Source: Gemmatimonadota bacterium
GTDB taxonomy: Bacteria > Gemmatimonadota > Gemmatimonadetes > Palauibacterales > Palauibacteraceae
Assembly: GCA_963666735.1 (NCBI GenBank)
Contig: OY762926.1
Location: 640,001-704,000, forward strand
DNA: 64,000 nucleotides
Direction of reading: 5' to 3'
Part shown: one piece after another, positions 10,194 through 19,631 of the stretch
Layout: each line of letters opens with the position of its first letter
Position numbering within the stretch: the first letter of the stretch is position 1
Made by a program: the position numbers and the translations under genes
The notes under the pieces: model-generated
What the model was told of the DNA's origin: nothing
Database searches by the model: none
What the model saw: the letters and a program-made list of their open reading frames with translations, nothing else

Positions 10194-10469
10194 ATGACGA
10201 CAGAGACGGCAAGCGCGTTGGCCCCGGCGGCCGTGTTGGCCGCCACGCGAGATTTCTTCCTCGGAGACGACCGGATGGTTGACGCCTGGGTCGATACCGA
10301 GAGCGATACGCACATCGCGTTCTGCACCTTCAGGGGCAACCTCGCGGTTGCGGCTTTCCCGGATCCCGAGGGGCATGACGGGACGCGGGTCCGGGTGACG
10401 ACGCTGCGCGAAGAGGGAATCGTGCCGCGGCTCCTCGCCCACCTCGCGCTGGCGAGCGCGCGCCCATAA
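10194..10469 (+). CDS. Hypothetical protein (91 aa)
   Basis: RBS GGGGAGAG before ATG; TAATG coupling to moaD; globular-looking sequence with no recognised family. Confidence 0.7.
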   Translation: MTTETASALAPAAVLAATRDFFLGDDRMVDAWVDTESDTHIAFCTFRGNLAVAAFPDPEGHDGTRVRVTTLREEGIVPRLLAHLALASARP

Positions 10470-10720
10470 TGGATCGGATTTCGGTTCGCACCCTCTTTTT
10501 CGGCGTGTATGGCGAACTTGCCGCACGAAGAGAGGGCTCGGCGGAACTCGCGGCGGACAGCACCGTGGCGGACCTCGTCGATGCCCTGCGCGGGACGGGG
10601 GGCCTGGACTGGCTGCCGGATCGGGTCGTCGTCGCCGTCAATCAGAATTACGCGGACTCCGGCACGACCCTCTCCGATGGGGACGAGGTCGCCCTCATCC
10701 CTCCCGTGGCGGGCGGCTGA
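10469..10720 (+). CDS. moaD: Molybdopterin synthase sulfur carrier subunit
   Basis: Ubiquitin-like 83 aa; VAVNQNY...DGDEVALIPPVAGG C-terminus. Confidence 0.95.
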   Translation: MDRISVRTLFFGVYGELAARREGSAELAADSTVADLVDALRGTGGLDWLPDRVVVAVNQNYADSGTTLSDGDEVALIPPVAGG

Positions 10721-10724
10721 GCCG

Positions 10725-11222
10725 ATGTCACAGGGGTCGCGCGACCGCGTCCGGGCATGGATCACGGGCGAGAGTCTGGACGATTTCGCCCTGTTCGAGG
10801 ATATTGTCGGAGACATCGGGTCCGTGGCGGACGGCGCGCTGCTCTTTTTTCAGGGGCGGGTCCGCGGCACGAACCGCGGCCGTGCGGTGTCGCGTCTTTC
10901 CTACGAGGCGTACGGCGAGATGGCGGAGCGGGAACTGTCGGCCATCTGCCACGAGGCGCTGGAGAAGTTCGCAGTGGGCTCCGTCGCCGCGGCCCACCGC
11001 GTGGGCGAACTCGCGCTGGGAGAGGTGAGCGTGGCGATCGCGGTCACGTCGGAACACCGCGACGATGGGTACCGGGCGTCGCGCTGGATTATCGAAACGA
11101 TCAAGGTCAGACTGCCGATCTGGAAGCATGAACACTACGATGATGGTGAATCGCACTGGGTGGGAGCCCCGATTCAGGGGGCGGAAGCCCTGCCCGGGGG
11201 GTCACGGCTGAAGAAGGTCTGA
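10725..11222 (+). CDS. moaE: Molybdopterin synthase catalytic subunit
   Basis: GALLFFQGRVR, LSYEAYGEMA, HRVGEL, PIWKHE. Confidence 0.95.
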   Translation: MSQGSRDRVRAWITGESLDDFALFEDIVGDIGSVADGALLFFQGRVRGTNRGRAVSRLSYEAYGEMAERELSAICHEALEKFAVGSVAAAHRVGELALGEVSVAIAVTSEHRDDGYRASRWIIETIKVRLPIWKHEHYDDGESHWVGAPIQGAEALPGGSRLKKV

Positions 11223-11292
11223 TCAAGGGCCGCCTGATGGCGCCGGAGGCAACCGGCCTTCGGGCACAGGCGCCCAAATCGAGGAGGACGCC

Positions 11293-11415
11293 ATGTTCAA
11301 GATGGTCCGCAACCTGCTGGTCGTTGCCATGATCGCGACGGTTTCTTTCGCCGGAGACTGTGGCGATGACGACGACAACATGATGATGCAGGAAAACGTC
11401 TCGGCTATCAGCTAG
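11293..11415 (+). CDS. Small 40-aa exported peptide or lipoprotein-like protein (not in ORF track)
   Basis: GAGGAGG RBS at 11281-11287; MFKMVRNLLVVAMIATVSFAGDCGDDDDNMMMQENVSAIS* has a signal-peptide-like N-terminus. Confidence 0.7.
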   Translation: MFKMVRNLLVVAMIATVSFAGDCGDDDDNMMMQENVSAIS

Positions 11416-11524
11416 CCGTCCGTAGCGGGGCTCCGCGCCGCTGGAACGTGGCGCGGAGTCCCTCCACTCGCCGCTCTCGGCTGGAGGGGCGACGAGGCTC
11501 CTCGCAACCCTCACTACCGGTGCC

Positions 11525-12505
11525 ATGAGAGATCAGTTCGGCCGCCGTATCCGGTATCTTCGGATCTCGGTCACGGATCGGTGCAACCTTCGGTGCACGT
11601 ACTGCATGCCGGAGGAGGGACTGGCCTGGATCCCCAAGCCGGAGATGCTCGCGTACGAGGAGATCGCCGAGATCGTGCGCCAGATGGCCGGTCTCGGACT
11701 GGAGCGCGTCCGCATCACGGGCGGAGAACCGCTCGTTCGCAGGGATCTTCCGGACCTCGTGCGCATGATCTCCGCGGTGCCGGGCATCGACGACATCTCC
11801 CTCTCCACGAACGCCATCCTGCTGCCCCGTTTCGCGATGGCCCTCAGGGAAGCGGGCGTCGCACGCGTGAACGTCAGCCTCGACACGCTCGACCGCGACC
11901 GCTTCGAGGAGATCGCCCGGCGCCCGGCGCGGCGCTTCGATGAAACGATGGTGGGTCTCCGCGCCGCGGAGGAGGCGGGCTTCGCTCCGATCAAGATCAA
12001 CTGCGTCATCATGCGGGGCCTCAACGACCATGAGGTCGTGGACTTTGCGGAGATCACGCGGGAGCGGCCGTGGCATGTGCGCTTCATCGAAGTGATGCCG
12101 GTGGGACAGAACCTTCATCTCACCGACCGTTTCATCTCGGCGGACGAAGTGCTCGAGAACATCCGCGCGATCGAGGAGCTTCGGCCGGACTCGGGACCGC
12201 GGGGGAACGGGCCCGCCGTGTACTATCGCTTTCCGGGCGGCGCCGGGACGGTGGGTGCGATCACGCCCCTCTCCCACAACTACTGCGAACGCTGCAACCG
12301 TATGCGGCTGACCGCCGATGGGAAGCTGCGGACGTGCCTGTTCGGCGACCACGAGGTCGATCTGAAGGGTCCGCTGCGTGAGACGGGCAGTATCGACGGT
12401 GCGGTGGCGGAGGCGCTCGCCGGGAAGCCGAAGCGTCATTATCTGGAGCTGGGGACGGCGGCCGGGAGCGGCGGGCTCGCGGCGCTGAGCCAGGTGGGGG
12501 GCTGA
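11525..12505 (+). CDS. moaA: GTP 3',8-cyclase (radical SAM)
   Basis: DQFGR, CNLRCTYC, TGGEP, CERCNRMRLTADG..RTC, C-terminal GG. Confidence 0.97.
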   Translation: MRDQFGRRIRYLRISVTDRCNLRCTYCMPEEGLAWIPKPEMLAYEEIAEIVRQMAGLGLERVRITGGEPLVRRDLPDLVRMISAVPGIDDISLSTNAILLPRFAMALREAGVARVNVSLDTLDRDRFEEIARRPARRFDETMVGLRAAEEAGFAPIKINCVIMRGLNDHEVVDFAEITRERPWHVRFIEVMPVGQNLHLTDRFISADEVLENIRAIEELRPDSGPRGNGPAVYYRFPGGAGTVGAITPLSHNYCERCNRMRLTADGKLRTCLFGDHEVDLKGPLRETGSIDGAVAEALAGKPKRHYLELGTAAGSGGLAALSQVGG

Positions 12506-12741
12506 TGAGCTACGAGGAAAGACTCCGGCACAGGGATCTGCTCGAACGCGCCGCGGAGCTGCGCAAGCGGCTGGAACTGGAAGACGGCGGTTCCCCGATG
12601 CGGCGCGAGGAAGGCCGGGAACTGGCGGCGATTCTGGAGGCGACGCTGACCGAGGTCGGCCCGGAGCGCTGGGATCGGGTGATGGAGGTCGTCGCAAGCG
12701 AAGCCGCGCGCAGGGCCGGCGCCGGGTCGATTTTCGACTGA
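12505..12741 (+). CDS. Hypothetical protein (78 aa, helical)
   Basis: TGATG coupling with moaA; fills the gap to the next gene. Confidence 0.6.
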   Translation: MSYEERLRHRDLLERAAELRKRLELEDGGSPMRREEGRELAAILEATLTEVGPERWDRVMEVVASEAARRAGAGSIFD

Positions 12742-13127
12742 CCGGCGCCGATTCGCCGCACCGCGGGCTCCTCGCGGCCGGGTTTCTGCTCGCGGGCCTG
12801 GGGGTCGCCGCCGGAGCCTTCGGCGCCCACTCGCTCGAGGGTCGCCTTTCGGCGGAGAACCTCGCGGTCTTCGACACCGCGGCTCGATACCACATGCTGC
12901 ACGCCCTCGGGCTCATCCTCCTCGGCCTTGCGGCGGCGCGCTGGCCGGATGCGGCATGGAGGTGTCCCGGGCTGCTGATGCTGTGTGGCGTCGCGGTGTT
13001 CAGCGGTACGCTCTACGCCCTCTCCCTCTCCGGCATCGGCTGGCTCGGCGCGGTCACGCCAATCGGGGGGGCCGCACTCATCGCCGGATGGCTCTGGGCG
13101 GGCTGGATCGCTCTGACTCGAATCTGA
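12738..13127 (+). CDS. DUF423 (YgdD/TMEM256-like) membrane protein
   Basis: GAFGAH, YHMLHAL, FSGTLY, GAVTPIGG. Family-like sequence extends upstream of ATG 12894 to CTG 12738. Confidence 0.85.
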   Translation: MTGADSPHRGLLAAGFLLAGLGVAAGAFGAHSLEGRLSAENLAVFDTAARYHMLHALGLILLGLAAARWPDAAWRCPGLLMLCGVAVFSGTLYALSLSGIGWLGAVTPIGGAALIAGWLWAGWIALTRI

Positions 13128-13220
13128 CCCGGCCGTGTACTTGACGCCCGCATAGGTTCAGGCTGTAGAACTGTAGAAGCGGACTCGCGAGCGGCCGTCC
13201 CCCGAAACCGAGAGGTCTGA

Positions 13221-13775
13221 TTGGCGATCAAGAGCGACGGTTGGATCCGGCGCATGGCACGCGGGCACGGGATGATCGAACCCTTCGCCGACCGCCAGAT
13301 CCGCGACGGCGTCATTTCGTATGGCGTCAGCAGTTACGGCTACGACATGCGGGTCGCCGACGAATTCCGGATCTTCCACAACGCGCTCTTTCCGGTCGTC
13401 GACCCCAAGCAGTTCGATGAACGCTCCTTCCTCGAATACTCGGGCGAGGTCTGCATCATCCCCCCGAACTCCTTCGCGCTCGCGCGATCGATCGAGTATT
13501 TCCGGATTCCGCGGACCATCCTTACGATCTGCGTGGGGAAGAGCACGTACGCGCGCTGCGGTCTCATCGTGAACGTCACGCCCTTCGAACCCGAGTGGGA
13601 GGGACATGTGACGCTCGAGATATCGAATACCACGCCGCTGCCCGCCCGCGTGTACGCGAACGAGGGGATCGCGCAGGTCCTCTTCTTCGAGGCGGACGAG
13701 GTCTGCGAGGTCAGCTACGCGGACAAGGCCGGCAAGTACCAGGGTCAGACAGGAGTTACGCCCCCCAAGCTCTAG
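13221..13775 (+). CDS. dcd: dCTP deaminase
   Basis: [34 protein letters not shown] start with GAGAGG RBS. Confidence 0.96.
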   Translation: MAIKSDGWIRRMARGHGMIEPFADRQIRDGVISYGVSSYGYDMRVADEFRIFHNALFPVVDPKQFDERSFLEYSGEVCIIPPNSFALARSIEYFRIPRTILTICVGKSTYARCGLIVNVTPFEPEWEGHVTLEISNTTPLPARVYANEGIAQVLFFEADEVCEVSYADKAGKYQGQTGVTPPKL

Positions 13776-14659
13776 CCGCCCGCGGCAGGCTCCCGGCCGG
13801 CCGGGAGCCGGGCGGCCAGCTCGCCCAACAGGCGGGCCAACAGCCGCGGATGCTGCTCCGTCAGCACGTGGCCGCCGTCCCTGGACAGCGTGAATCCACA
13901 TTCGAGTCGTGCGGCGAGACGCCGCGCGGCGGCGACGGGTATCCTCGGGTCATGCGCCCCCGCGATCACGTGCGCGGCGACCGGGCGGCGGGGCATGCGA
14001 TCCTCCAGCTCCGAAGGGCGCCAGTCGCAGAGGATGCGCAGGAGCGTCCGAGCCTGGCGTGGGCTCCCCCAGGGCCGGGCGTAGGCGGCTACCAGATCCG
14101 GAGGGGCCCGGAAGGCAGGACCGCACGCCCGCCGTAGGATCAGATGGCCCAGCGGCGCGTGAAGCGGCGCCAGGAGGCTCCCGACCGCCCCCCGCACCGT
14201 GGACGACCGCAACAGCCGCAGAACGGCCGGGCTCCGGATCTCCGGCGTGACCGGGTTCGAGAGGAGGAGTCCGGAGATGGACTGTTCCGCCCGCGCGAGT
14301 GCGAGCGCGAGCGCGGCGCCCTGGGAGTGCCCGGCGACGAGCTGCGGGCGGGGACCGTCCGGCGCCAGCGCCCGTACAAGCTCGCGCAGCCGGCGCACCT
14401 CATCGTCCAGCGTGTACGAGAGTCCCGGTCGCGCGTCCGATGCGCCCCGCCCCGGCAGGTCGGGAAGCCAGCACTCCCAGCCCGGATGCGCTTCGACGAA
14501 GAGTTCGGCGACCGGCCGCCATGCCCGGCCGTGGGCACTGATCCCGTGCAGGAAGAGGGCGGGGCGTCCCCGGCCCATGATCGCCACACGCGCCGTGCCG
14601 TCGCGGATCGCGACGTTATGCATGACAGCCTGCTCTCGACTCATTCGCTCCCCCTGCAT
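13772..14659 (-). CDS. Alpha/beta-fold hydrolase
   Basis: [17 protein letters not shown] nucleophile elbow, GAHD, GGH. Start uncertain (14659, 14644 or 14623). Confidence 0.9.
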   Translation of the reverse strand: MQGERMSREQAVMHNVAIRDGTARVAIMGRGRPALFLHGISAHGRAWRPVAELFVEAHPGWECWLPDLPGRGASDARPGLSYTLDDEVRRLRELVRALAPDGPRPQLVAGHSQGAALALALARAEQSISGLLLSNPVTPEIRSPAVLRLLRSSTVRGAVGSLLAPLHAPLGHLILRRACGPAFRAPPDLVAAYARPWGSPRQARTLLRILCDWRPSELEDRMPRRPVAAHVIAGAHDPRIPVAAARRLAARLECGFTLSRDGGHVLTEQHPRLLARLLGELAARLPAGREPAAGG

Positions 14660-14675
14660 CGCAAGCGTAACTCGC

Positions 14676-14704
14676 TTGCCGGTGGTACCCCTCCGCGATA
14701 CCTT
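14676..14704 (+). promoter_or_regulatory. Putative sigma70 promoter of nuo operon
   Basis: TTGCCG-N17-TACCTT upstream of nuoA. Confidence 0.5.
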
Positions 14705-14716
14705 CGCGGCGCGGGA

Positions 14717-14734
14717 AAGTGAAGAAATTCACAA
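14717..14734. promoter_or_regulatory. Putative Rex (NADH/NAD+ sensor) operator
   Basis: AAGTGAAGAAATTCACAA versus the Rex consensus TTGTGAA-N4-TTCACAA; lies between the promoter and nuoA. Confidence 0.7.
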
Positions 14735-14759
14735 GCTCGCACGAGAGGAGCGAACCCCT

Positions 14760-15116
14760 TTGCTCGACCCATATCTCGGCATCCTGATCCTCGCGTTGGT
14801 CGGCGTGCTGAACGCGGCCGCGATGATGGGCGTGTCGCACCTCGTGGGCTCCCGTCGACCGACCCCGGTGAAGGCGAGCCCGTACGAGTCGGGGATTCCC
14901 CCGCTCGGGACGACGCGGGAGCGTTTCTCGGTCAACTTCTACATCGTGGCGATGCTCTTCATCGTCCTCGATATTGAGACGCTCTTTCTCATTCCGTGGG
15001 CCGCGATCTTCCGGGAATTGGGGATGGCCGGGTTCGTGGAGATCACGGCGTTTCTGGCCGTGCTCGGCGTGGGACTCGTGTACGCGTGGAAGAAGGGGGC
15101 CCTCGAATGGGACTGA
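14760..15116 (+). CDS. nuoA: NADH-quinone oxidoreductase subunit A
   Basis: [30 protein letters not shown] start after GAGAGGAG. Confidence 0.95.
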   Translation: MLDPYLGILILALVGVLNAAAMMGVSHLVGSRRPTPVKASPYESGIPPLGTTRERFSVNFYIVAMLFIVLDIETLFLIPWAAIFRELGMAGFVEITAFLAVLGVGLVYAWKKGALEWD

Positions 15117-15141
15117 TATCGAGACCGAGGGGAGAGGCGCG

Positions 15142-15843
15142 ATGAAACCGCTCGACACGCTGCCTCCCGGCGCACACCCCGGCCAGGGTCGGATCGACAC
15201 CGGCATCCCGCACAACTGGATGACGACGAAGCTCGACTACGTGATCAACTGGGCGCGCCGCAACTCGCTGTGGCCCATGCCGTTCGGGACCGCCTGCTGC
15301 GCGATCGAGATGATGGCTTCCGCCGCGACCAAGTACGACATCGGCCGCTTCGGAATGGAGCGCATGTCCTTCAGTCCCAGGCAGGCGGACCTGATGATCG
15401 TCGCCGGCCGGGTGACCTACAAGCTGGCCCCGGTTCTGCGTCGGGTCTGGGATCAGATGCCGCAGCCCAAGTGGTGCGTGTCCATGGGCGCGTGCGCGAG
15501 TTCCGGCGGGATGTTCGACAACTACACGATCGTCCAGGGGATCGACACGATCGTGCCGGTCGATGTCTACGTCCCGGGGTGTCCGCCCCGGCCGGAGGGT
15601 CTCATCTACGGACTCCTCATGATCCAGGAGAAGATCAAGGGAGAGTCGCTGGCGGATCCCCGCGCGCGGGACGAGGCTCCGGAGGCGGTTGGACGCCCGA
15701 ATCTGCCCCCCGAAACGATCGAACTCGTCGCCCAGCCCTTCGGCAACTCGACGAACCAGAACCGCATGAGCGGGCTCGGCCCGACCTCCGCCCTTGCCCG
15801 TTCGCGCGACCGGCGCGAACGCCGCCTGGAACACCGGGATTGA
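15142..15843 (+). CDS. nuoB: NADH-quinone oxidoreductase subunit B
   Basis: [32 protein letters not shown]. Confidence 0.97.
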   Translation: MKPLDTLPPGAHPGQGRIDTGIPHNWMTTKLDYVINWARRNSLWPMPFGTACCAIEMMASAATKYDIGRFGMERMSFSPRQADLMIVAGRVTYKLAPVLRRVWDQMPQPKWCVSMGACASSGGMFDNYTIVQGIDTIVPVDVYVPGCPPRPEGLIYGLLMIQEKIKGESLADPRARDEAPEAVGRPNLPPETIELVAQPFGNSTNQNRMSGLGPTSALARSRDRRERRLEHRD

Positions 15844-15859
15844 CCGGGGCGCTGCGCCG

Positions 15860-17749
15860 TTGACGACCGCGACGACGACCGCGCCTCCGCGCATGGTGCG
15901 GGTCGCGCCCCTCGGCGGGGACGCGGCGAGCCATCCCTCGGTGTGCGCTCTTCGCGAGCGCTTCGGCGACGGCGTGCGGCGGGTGGAGAGCGATGCGCTC
16001 GGCTATCCCGTCGTGTGGATGGACCCCGGCATCAACGCCGAGGCGCTCCGATTCCTCCGCGAGACCCCCGACCAGGCGTACGACCTGCTCGCGGACCTCA
16101 TGGGCGCGCACGGCGGCATCGGAGCCCCGATCCAGGTGTGGTACCAGCTCTGGTCCATGGCGCACGGCCGCCAGCTCCGGATCGCGTGCGAGGTGCCGAT
16201 GGACGACCTCGAGCTGGACAGCGTTACCGACCAGTGGCTCGCCGCCGACTGGCTGGAACGCGAGGTGTGGGATATGTACGGCGTGAGCTTCCGCGGCCAC
16301 CCGGACCTGCGCCGCATCCTCATGCCGGAGAACTACGAAGAGGGCTTCCCCCTCCGGAAGGACTTCCCTCTGCGCGGTCGCTTCAGCCGGTCCACGCAGG
16401 TGAGCCGCGCGCTCTCTCGCGACCTGCTCGACATCTATGCGGTCGAGGAGCTGGAGATGGCGGGCTACGCCGTCACCGAGGACGGAGAGGTGCAGGCTCC
16501 GTCGGAGCGCGCGGCGGAAGGCGAGGCTGCGGCGGGGGGGATCCGCGACGTGAGCCCGGACGAGAAGCCCGAGGACGCGCTCGAGGGCACCCCCATCCTG
16601 ATCAACATGGGGCCGCAGCACCCCGCCACGCACGGCGTCCTCCGGCTCGTACTCCAGCTCGACGGGGAGCGCGTCGTACGCTGCGTCCCCCATATCGGGT
16701 ATCTGCACACGGGCTTCGAGAAAACGTGCGAGTTCCGCGAGTGGAATCAGTGCGTCCCCTACACGGACCGCATGGACTACCTCGCGCCGATGCTCTACAA
16801 CATCGGCTACGCCGGGGCGGTCGAAGCGCTCCTCGATGTCGAGATCACGGAGCGCTGCCGCGTCGTCCGCGTCATCCTCGGCGAGATGAATCGCATCCTC
16901 GGCCACCTCCTGTGGCTCGGGACGACGGCGATCGACATCGGCGCGTTCTCCGTCTTCCTCTACACATTCCAGGAGCGCGAGCGGATCTACAACCTGCACG
17001 AGGCGTACACGGGGGGCCGGATCACGACCTCCGTCACCCGGGTCGGCGGGATGATGGCGGACCTGCCCGTGGGCTGGACGGCGGCGGCGCGCGACTTCGC
17101 GGCCACCTTCCCGGAGACGCTGGACGAGGTCGAGCAGCTCCTGTCGCGCAACGCGATCTGGCAGGGCCGCACGATGGACATCGGGGCGCTCTCCGCGGAC
17201 AAGGCGGTGAGCTACGGCGTCACCGGACCCACGCTCCGCGCGAGCGGCGTGGCGTACGACGTGCGGAAGGCGCGTCCCTACCTCGGGTACGAGGAGTACG
17301 ACTTCGACGTGCCCGTCGGCACCGCGGGAGACGTCTACGACCGTTATCTCGTGCGGCTGGAGGAGATGCGGCAGAGCATCCGCATCATCGAACAGGCGCT
17401 GGACCGGCTGCCGGGCGGCCCGATCAACATCGACGACTACCGGATCGTCCTGCCCCCCAAGGGCGAGGCGATGGGGTCGATCGACACCATGATCTCGCAC
17501 TTCAAGCTCGTGATGGAAGGCGTCCGCGTGCCCGCCGGCGAGACGTGGTACTCCATCGAAAGCTCGAAGGGCGAGTTGGGGTTCGGGGTCATCTCCGACG
17601 GCGGCACGAAGCCCGTCCGCTGCCGGTTCCGCGGCCCGTCGTTCATCAACATCGCCTCCCTTCCGGAACTCGTGAGGGGCGAACTCGTCGCGGACGTGGT
17701 CGCGATCAACGCCTCGCTCGATGTCGTGCTCGGAGAGATCGACCGATGA
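15860..17749 (+). CDS. nuoCD: NADH-quinone oxidoreductase subunit C/D (fused)
   Basis: NuoC motifs [26 protein letters not shown], followed in frame by NuoD motifs [25 protein letters not shown]-terminal GEIDR. Start uncertain (15860 or 15893). Confidence 0.95.
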   Translation: MTTATTTAPPRMVRVAPLGGDAASHPSVCALRERFGDGVRRVESDALGYPVVWMDPGINAEALRFLRETPDQAYDLLADLMGAHGGIGAPIQVWYQLWSMAHGRQLRIACEVPMDDLELDSVTDQWLAADWLEREVWDMYGVSFRGHPDLRRILMPENYEEGFPLRKDFPLRGRFSRSTQVSRALSRDLLDIYAVEELEMAGYAVTEDGEVQAPSERAAEGEAAAGGIRDVSPDEKPEDALEGTPILINMGPQHPATHGVLRLVLQLDGERVVRCVPHIGYLHTGFEKTCEFREWNQCVPYTDRMDYLAPMLYNIGYAGAVEALLDVEITERCRVVRVILGEMNRILGHLLWLGTTAIDIGAFSVFLYTFQERERIYNLHEAYTGGRITTSVTRVGGMMADLPVGWTAAARDFAATFPETLDEVEQLLSRNAIWQGRTMDIGALSADKAVSYGVTGPTLRASGVAYDVRKARPYLGYEEYDFDVPVGTAGDVYDRYLVRLEEMRQSIRIIEQALDRLPGGPINIDDYRIVLPPKGEAMGSIDTMISHFKLVMEGVRVPAGETWYSIESSKGELGFGVISDGGTKPVRCRFRGPSFINIASLPELVRGELVADVVAINASLDVVLGEIDR

Positions 17750-18342
17750 GCCGGCGCATCCATCCCGCGGTCGCCGGGGCGCAGCCGTTTCAGCTGACGG
17801 CGAGGGAGACTTTCGACGGACCCGTCTTCGAGACGGAGGAGGGGAAGCACCGGCTGGCAGCGGCCCTCTCCCGCTATCCGGCGAAGCAGGCGGCGCTCCT
17901 CCCCATGCTCGGCTTCGTGCAGTCGGTGAAGGGGTGGGTCGAACCCGCGGACATGGTGGAAATCGCCGAGGCTCTGGATCTGACGCCGGCCTACGTGCAC
18001 TCGATCGCGACCTTCTACACGATGTACAACAGGCACCCGGTCGGGCGTCACTTCGTCCAGGTGTGTACGAACATCTCCTGCCATCTGAACGGGGCCGAGG
18101 AGGTGCTGCACGGCTTCCTTGCCGAGACGGGGACGCGGGAGGGCGAGATCTCCGAGGATGGCGAGTTCACCGTGATCGAGGCGGAGTGCCTGGGCGCGTG
18201 CGGGTTTGCCACGGTCGTTCAGGTGAACGACCGCTACCTCGAGGAGGTGACGCCGGGCCGTGTCCCCGAGATCGTCGCGAAGCTGCGGGGGGCGCGCGAC
18301 GGCGCCGCGACGGAGGGGCCGGGCGCGGGGGGCGGCGCATGA
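17746..18342 (+). CDS. nuoE: NADH-quinone oxidoreductase subunit E
   Basis: ATFYTMY, VCTNISC, ECLGAC 2Fe-2S ligands. Confidence 0.95.
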   Translation: MSRRIHPAVAGAQPFQLTARETFDGPVFETEEGKHRLAAALSRYPAKQAALLPMLGFVQSVKGWVEPADMVEIAEALDLTPAYVHSIATFYTMYNRHPVGRHFVQVCTNISCHLNGAEEVLHGFLAETGTREGEISEDGEFTVIEAECLGACGFATVVQVNDRYLEEVTPGRVPEIVAKLRGARDGAATEGPGAGGGA

Positions 18343-19628
18343 GCTTCCCGCACCGGAGCGATCTCGAGACGACGACCCGACTCTCGCGGCACCAGGGTGA
18401 GGCCCGGGCGCGGACGCTCGGCGGCTGGCGCGCGCTGGGCGGCTACGAGGCGCTCCGGAAGTCGCTCGACATGTCGCCCGCCTGGATCACAGAGGCCGTC
18501 AAGGCCTCAGGCCTTCGCGGGCGGGGCGGTGCGGGCTTCCCGACGGGTCTCAAGTGGAGCTTCATGCCGAAGGACGACGGCAAGCCGCACTACCTGTGCT
18601 GCAACGCGGATGAATCCGAACCTGGCGCGTTCAAGGACCGGGAGGTCATCCGCTGGACGCCGCACCTGCTCATCGAGGGCTGCCTGATCGCTTCGCGCGC
18701 CATCGGGGCCGAGCATGCCTACATCTACGTTCGGGGCGAGTTCTTCGAGGAAACTCGGGTTCTCAACGCCGCGGTCGTCGAAGCGTATGAGAACGGTCTC
18801 GCGGGAGATGGGATCCTGGGCTCGTCGTGGTCGTGCGATGTGACGGTCCACGCCGGGGCGGGGGCGTACATTGCCGGCGAGGAGACCGGCCTCATGAACT
18901 CGCTCATGGGGAACCGCGCGGAGCCCTGGGCGAAGCCGCCCTTCCCGGCGCAGGCCGGGGCGTTCGGAATGCCCACGACGGTGAACAACGTCGAGACCCT
19001 CGCGGCGGTCCCCATGATCCTGGAGCACGGCGCGGACTGGTACCGGCAGTGGGGGAGCGACGAGTCGCCCGGGACCAAGCTGTGGAGCTGCTCGGGTCAC
19101 CTCGTGCGCCCCGGAAACTACGAGTTCGCGCTGGGCCTGCCGCTGAGCGACATCATCTTCGAGGCCTGCGGCGGTACCCCATCGGGCAAGCCGGTCAAGG
19201 CCGTGATCCCGGGCGGGTCGTCCACGGCGTTCCTCGGCGGAGACGAACTCGACTGCGCGACGACGTACGAGGGGCTGGCGGAGGCGGGCAGCGCCCTCGG
19301 CACCGCCTCGCCGATCGTGATGGACGAGGACACGGACATCGTCGCGGCCATGCGCCGGATCGCGCAGTTCTACGCGCACGAGTCGTGCGGCCAGTGCGTG
19401 CAGTGCCGCGAGGGCACGTCGTGGGTCGTCCGCATCCTGCAGCGCATCGAGGCGGGGGACGGGCGGCCGAGCGATATCGACACGCTGTACGAGCTGTGCG
19501 AGCAGATGACGGGACGCACGATCTGCGTGCTGGCGGACAGCGTCGTGTTCCCGCTCCGCTCCTCGCTCGACAAGTTCCGCGCCGACTACGAGGCGCTGAT
19601 GAAGCCGACCCTGGTCGCGGCGGGCTGA
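18339..19628 (+). CDS. nuoF: NADH-quinone oxidoreductase subunit F
   Basis: SGLRGRGGAGFPTGLKW, NADESEPG, YIAGEET, ESCGQCVQCREG. Confidence 0.97.
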   Translation: MSFPHRSDLETTTRLSRHQGEARARTLGGWRALGGYEALRKSLDMSPAWITEAVKASGLRGRGGAGFPTGLKWSFMPKDDGKPHYLCCNADESEPGAFKDREVIRWTPHLLIEGCLIASRAIGAEHAYIYVRGEFFEETRVLNAAVVEAYENGLAGDGILGSSWSCDVTVHAGAGAYIAGEETGLMNSLMGNRAEPWAKPPFPAQAGAFGMPTTVNNVETLAAVPMILEHGADWYRQWGSDESPGTKLWSCSGHLVRPGNYEFALGLPLSDIIFEACGGTPSGKPVKAVIPGGSSTAFLGGDELDCATTYEGLAEAGSALGTASPIVMDEDTDIVAAMRRIAQFYAHESCGQCVQCREGTSWVVRILQRIEAGDGRPSDIDTLYELCEQMTGRTICVLADSVVFPLRSSLDKFRADYEALMKPTLVAAG

Positions 19629-19631
19629 GGC

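Noticed and set aside
11221..11524. Moco riboswitch call
   Set aside because: Hairpins exist but I could not match the conserved Moco RNA motif by eye; kept only as unassigned structure.
11293..12505. Small peptide next to a radical SAM enzyme as a RiPP system
   Set aside because: The enzyme has all canonical MoaA features, including the C-terminal GG, and sits with moaD/moaE; no RRE, protease or exporter is seen.
13141..13171. Sigma70 promoter for dcd (TTGACG...)
   Set aside because: No convincing -10 hexamer at 16-18 bp spacing.
13772..13775. Shared CTAG stop of convergent dcd and hydrolase as an IS excision scar
   Set aside because: It is a simple overlap of two TAG codons; no IS remnants are visible.
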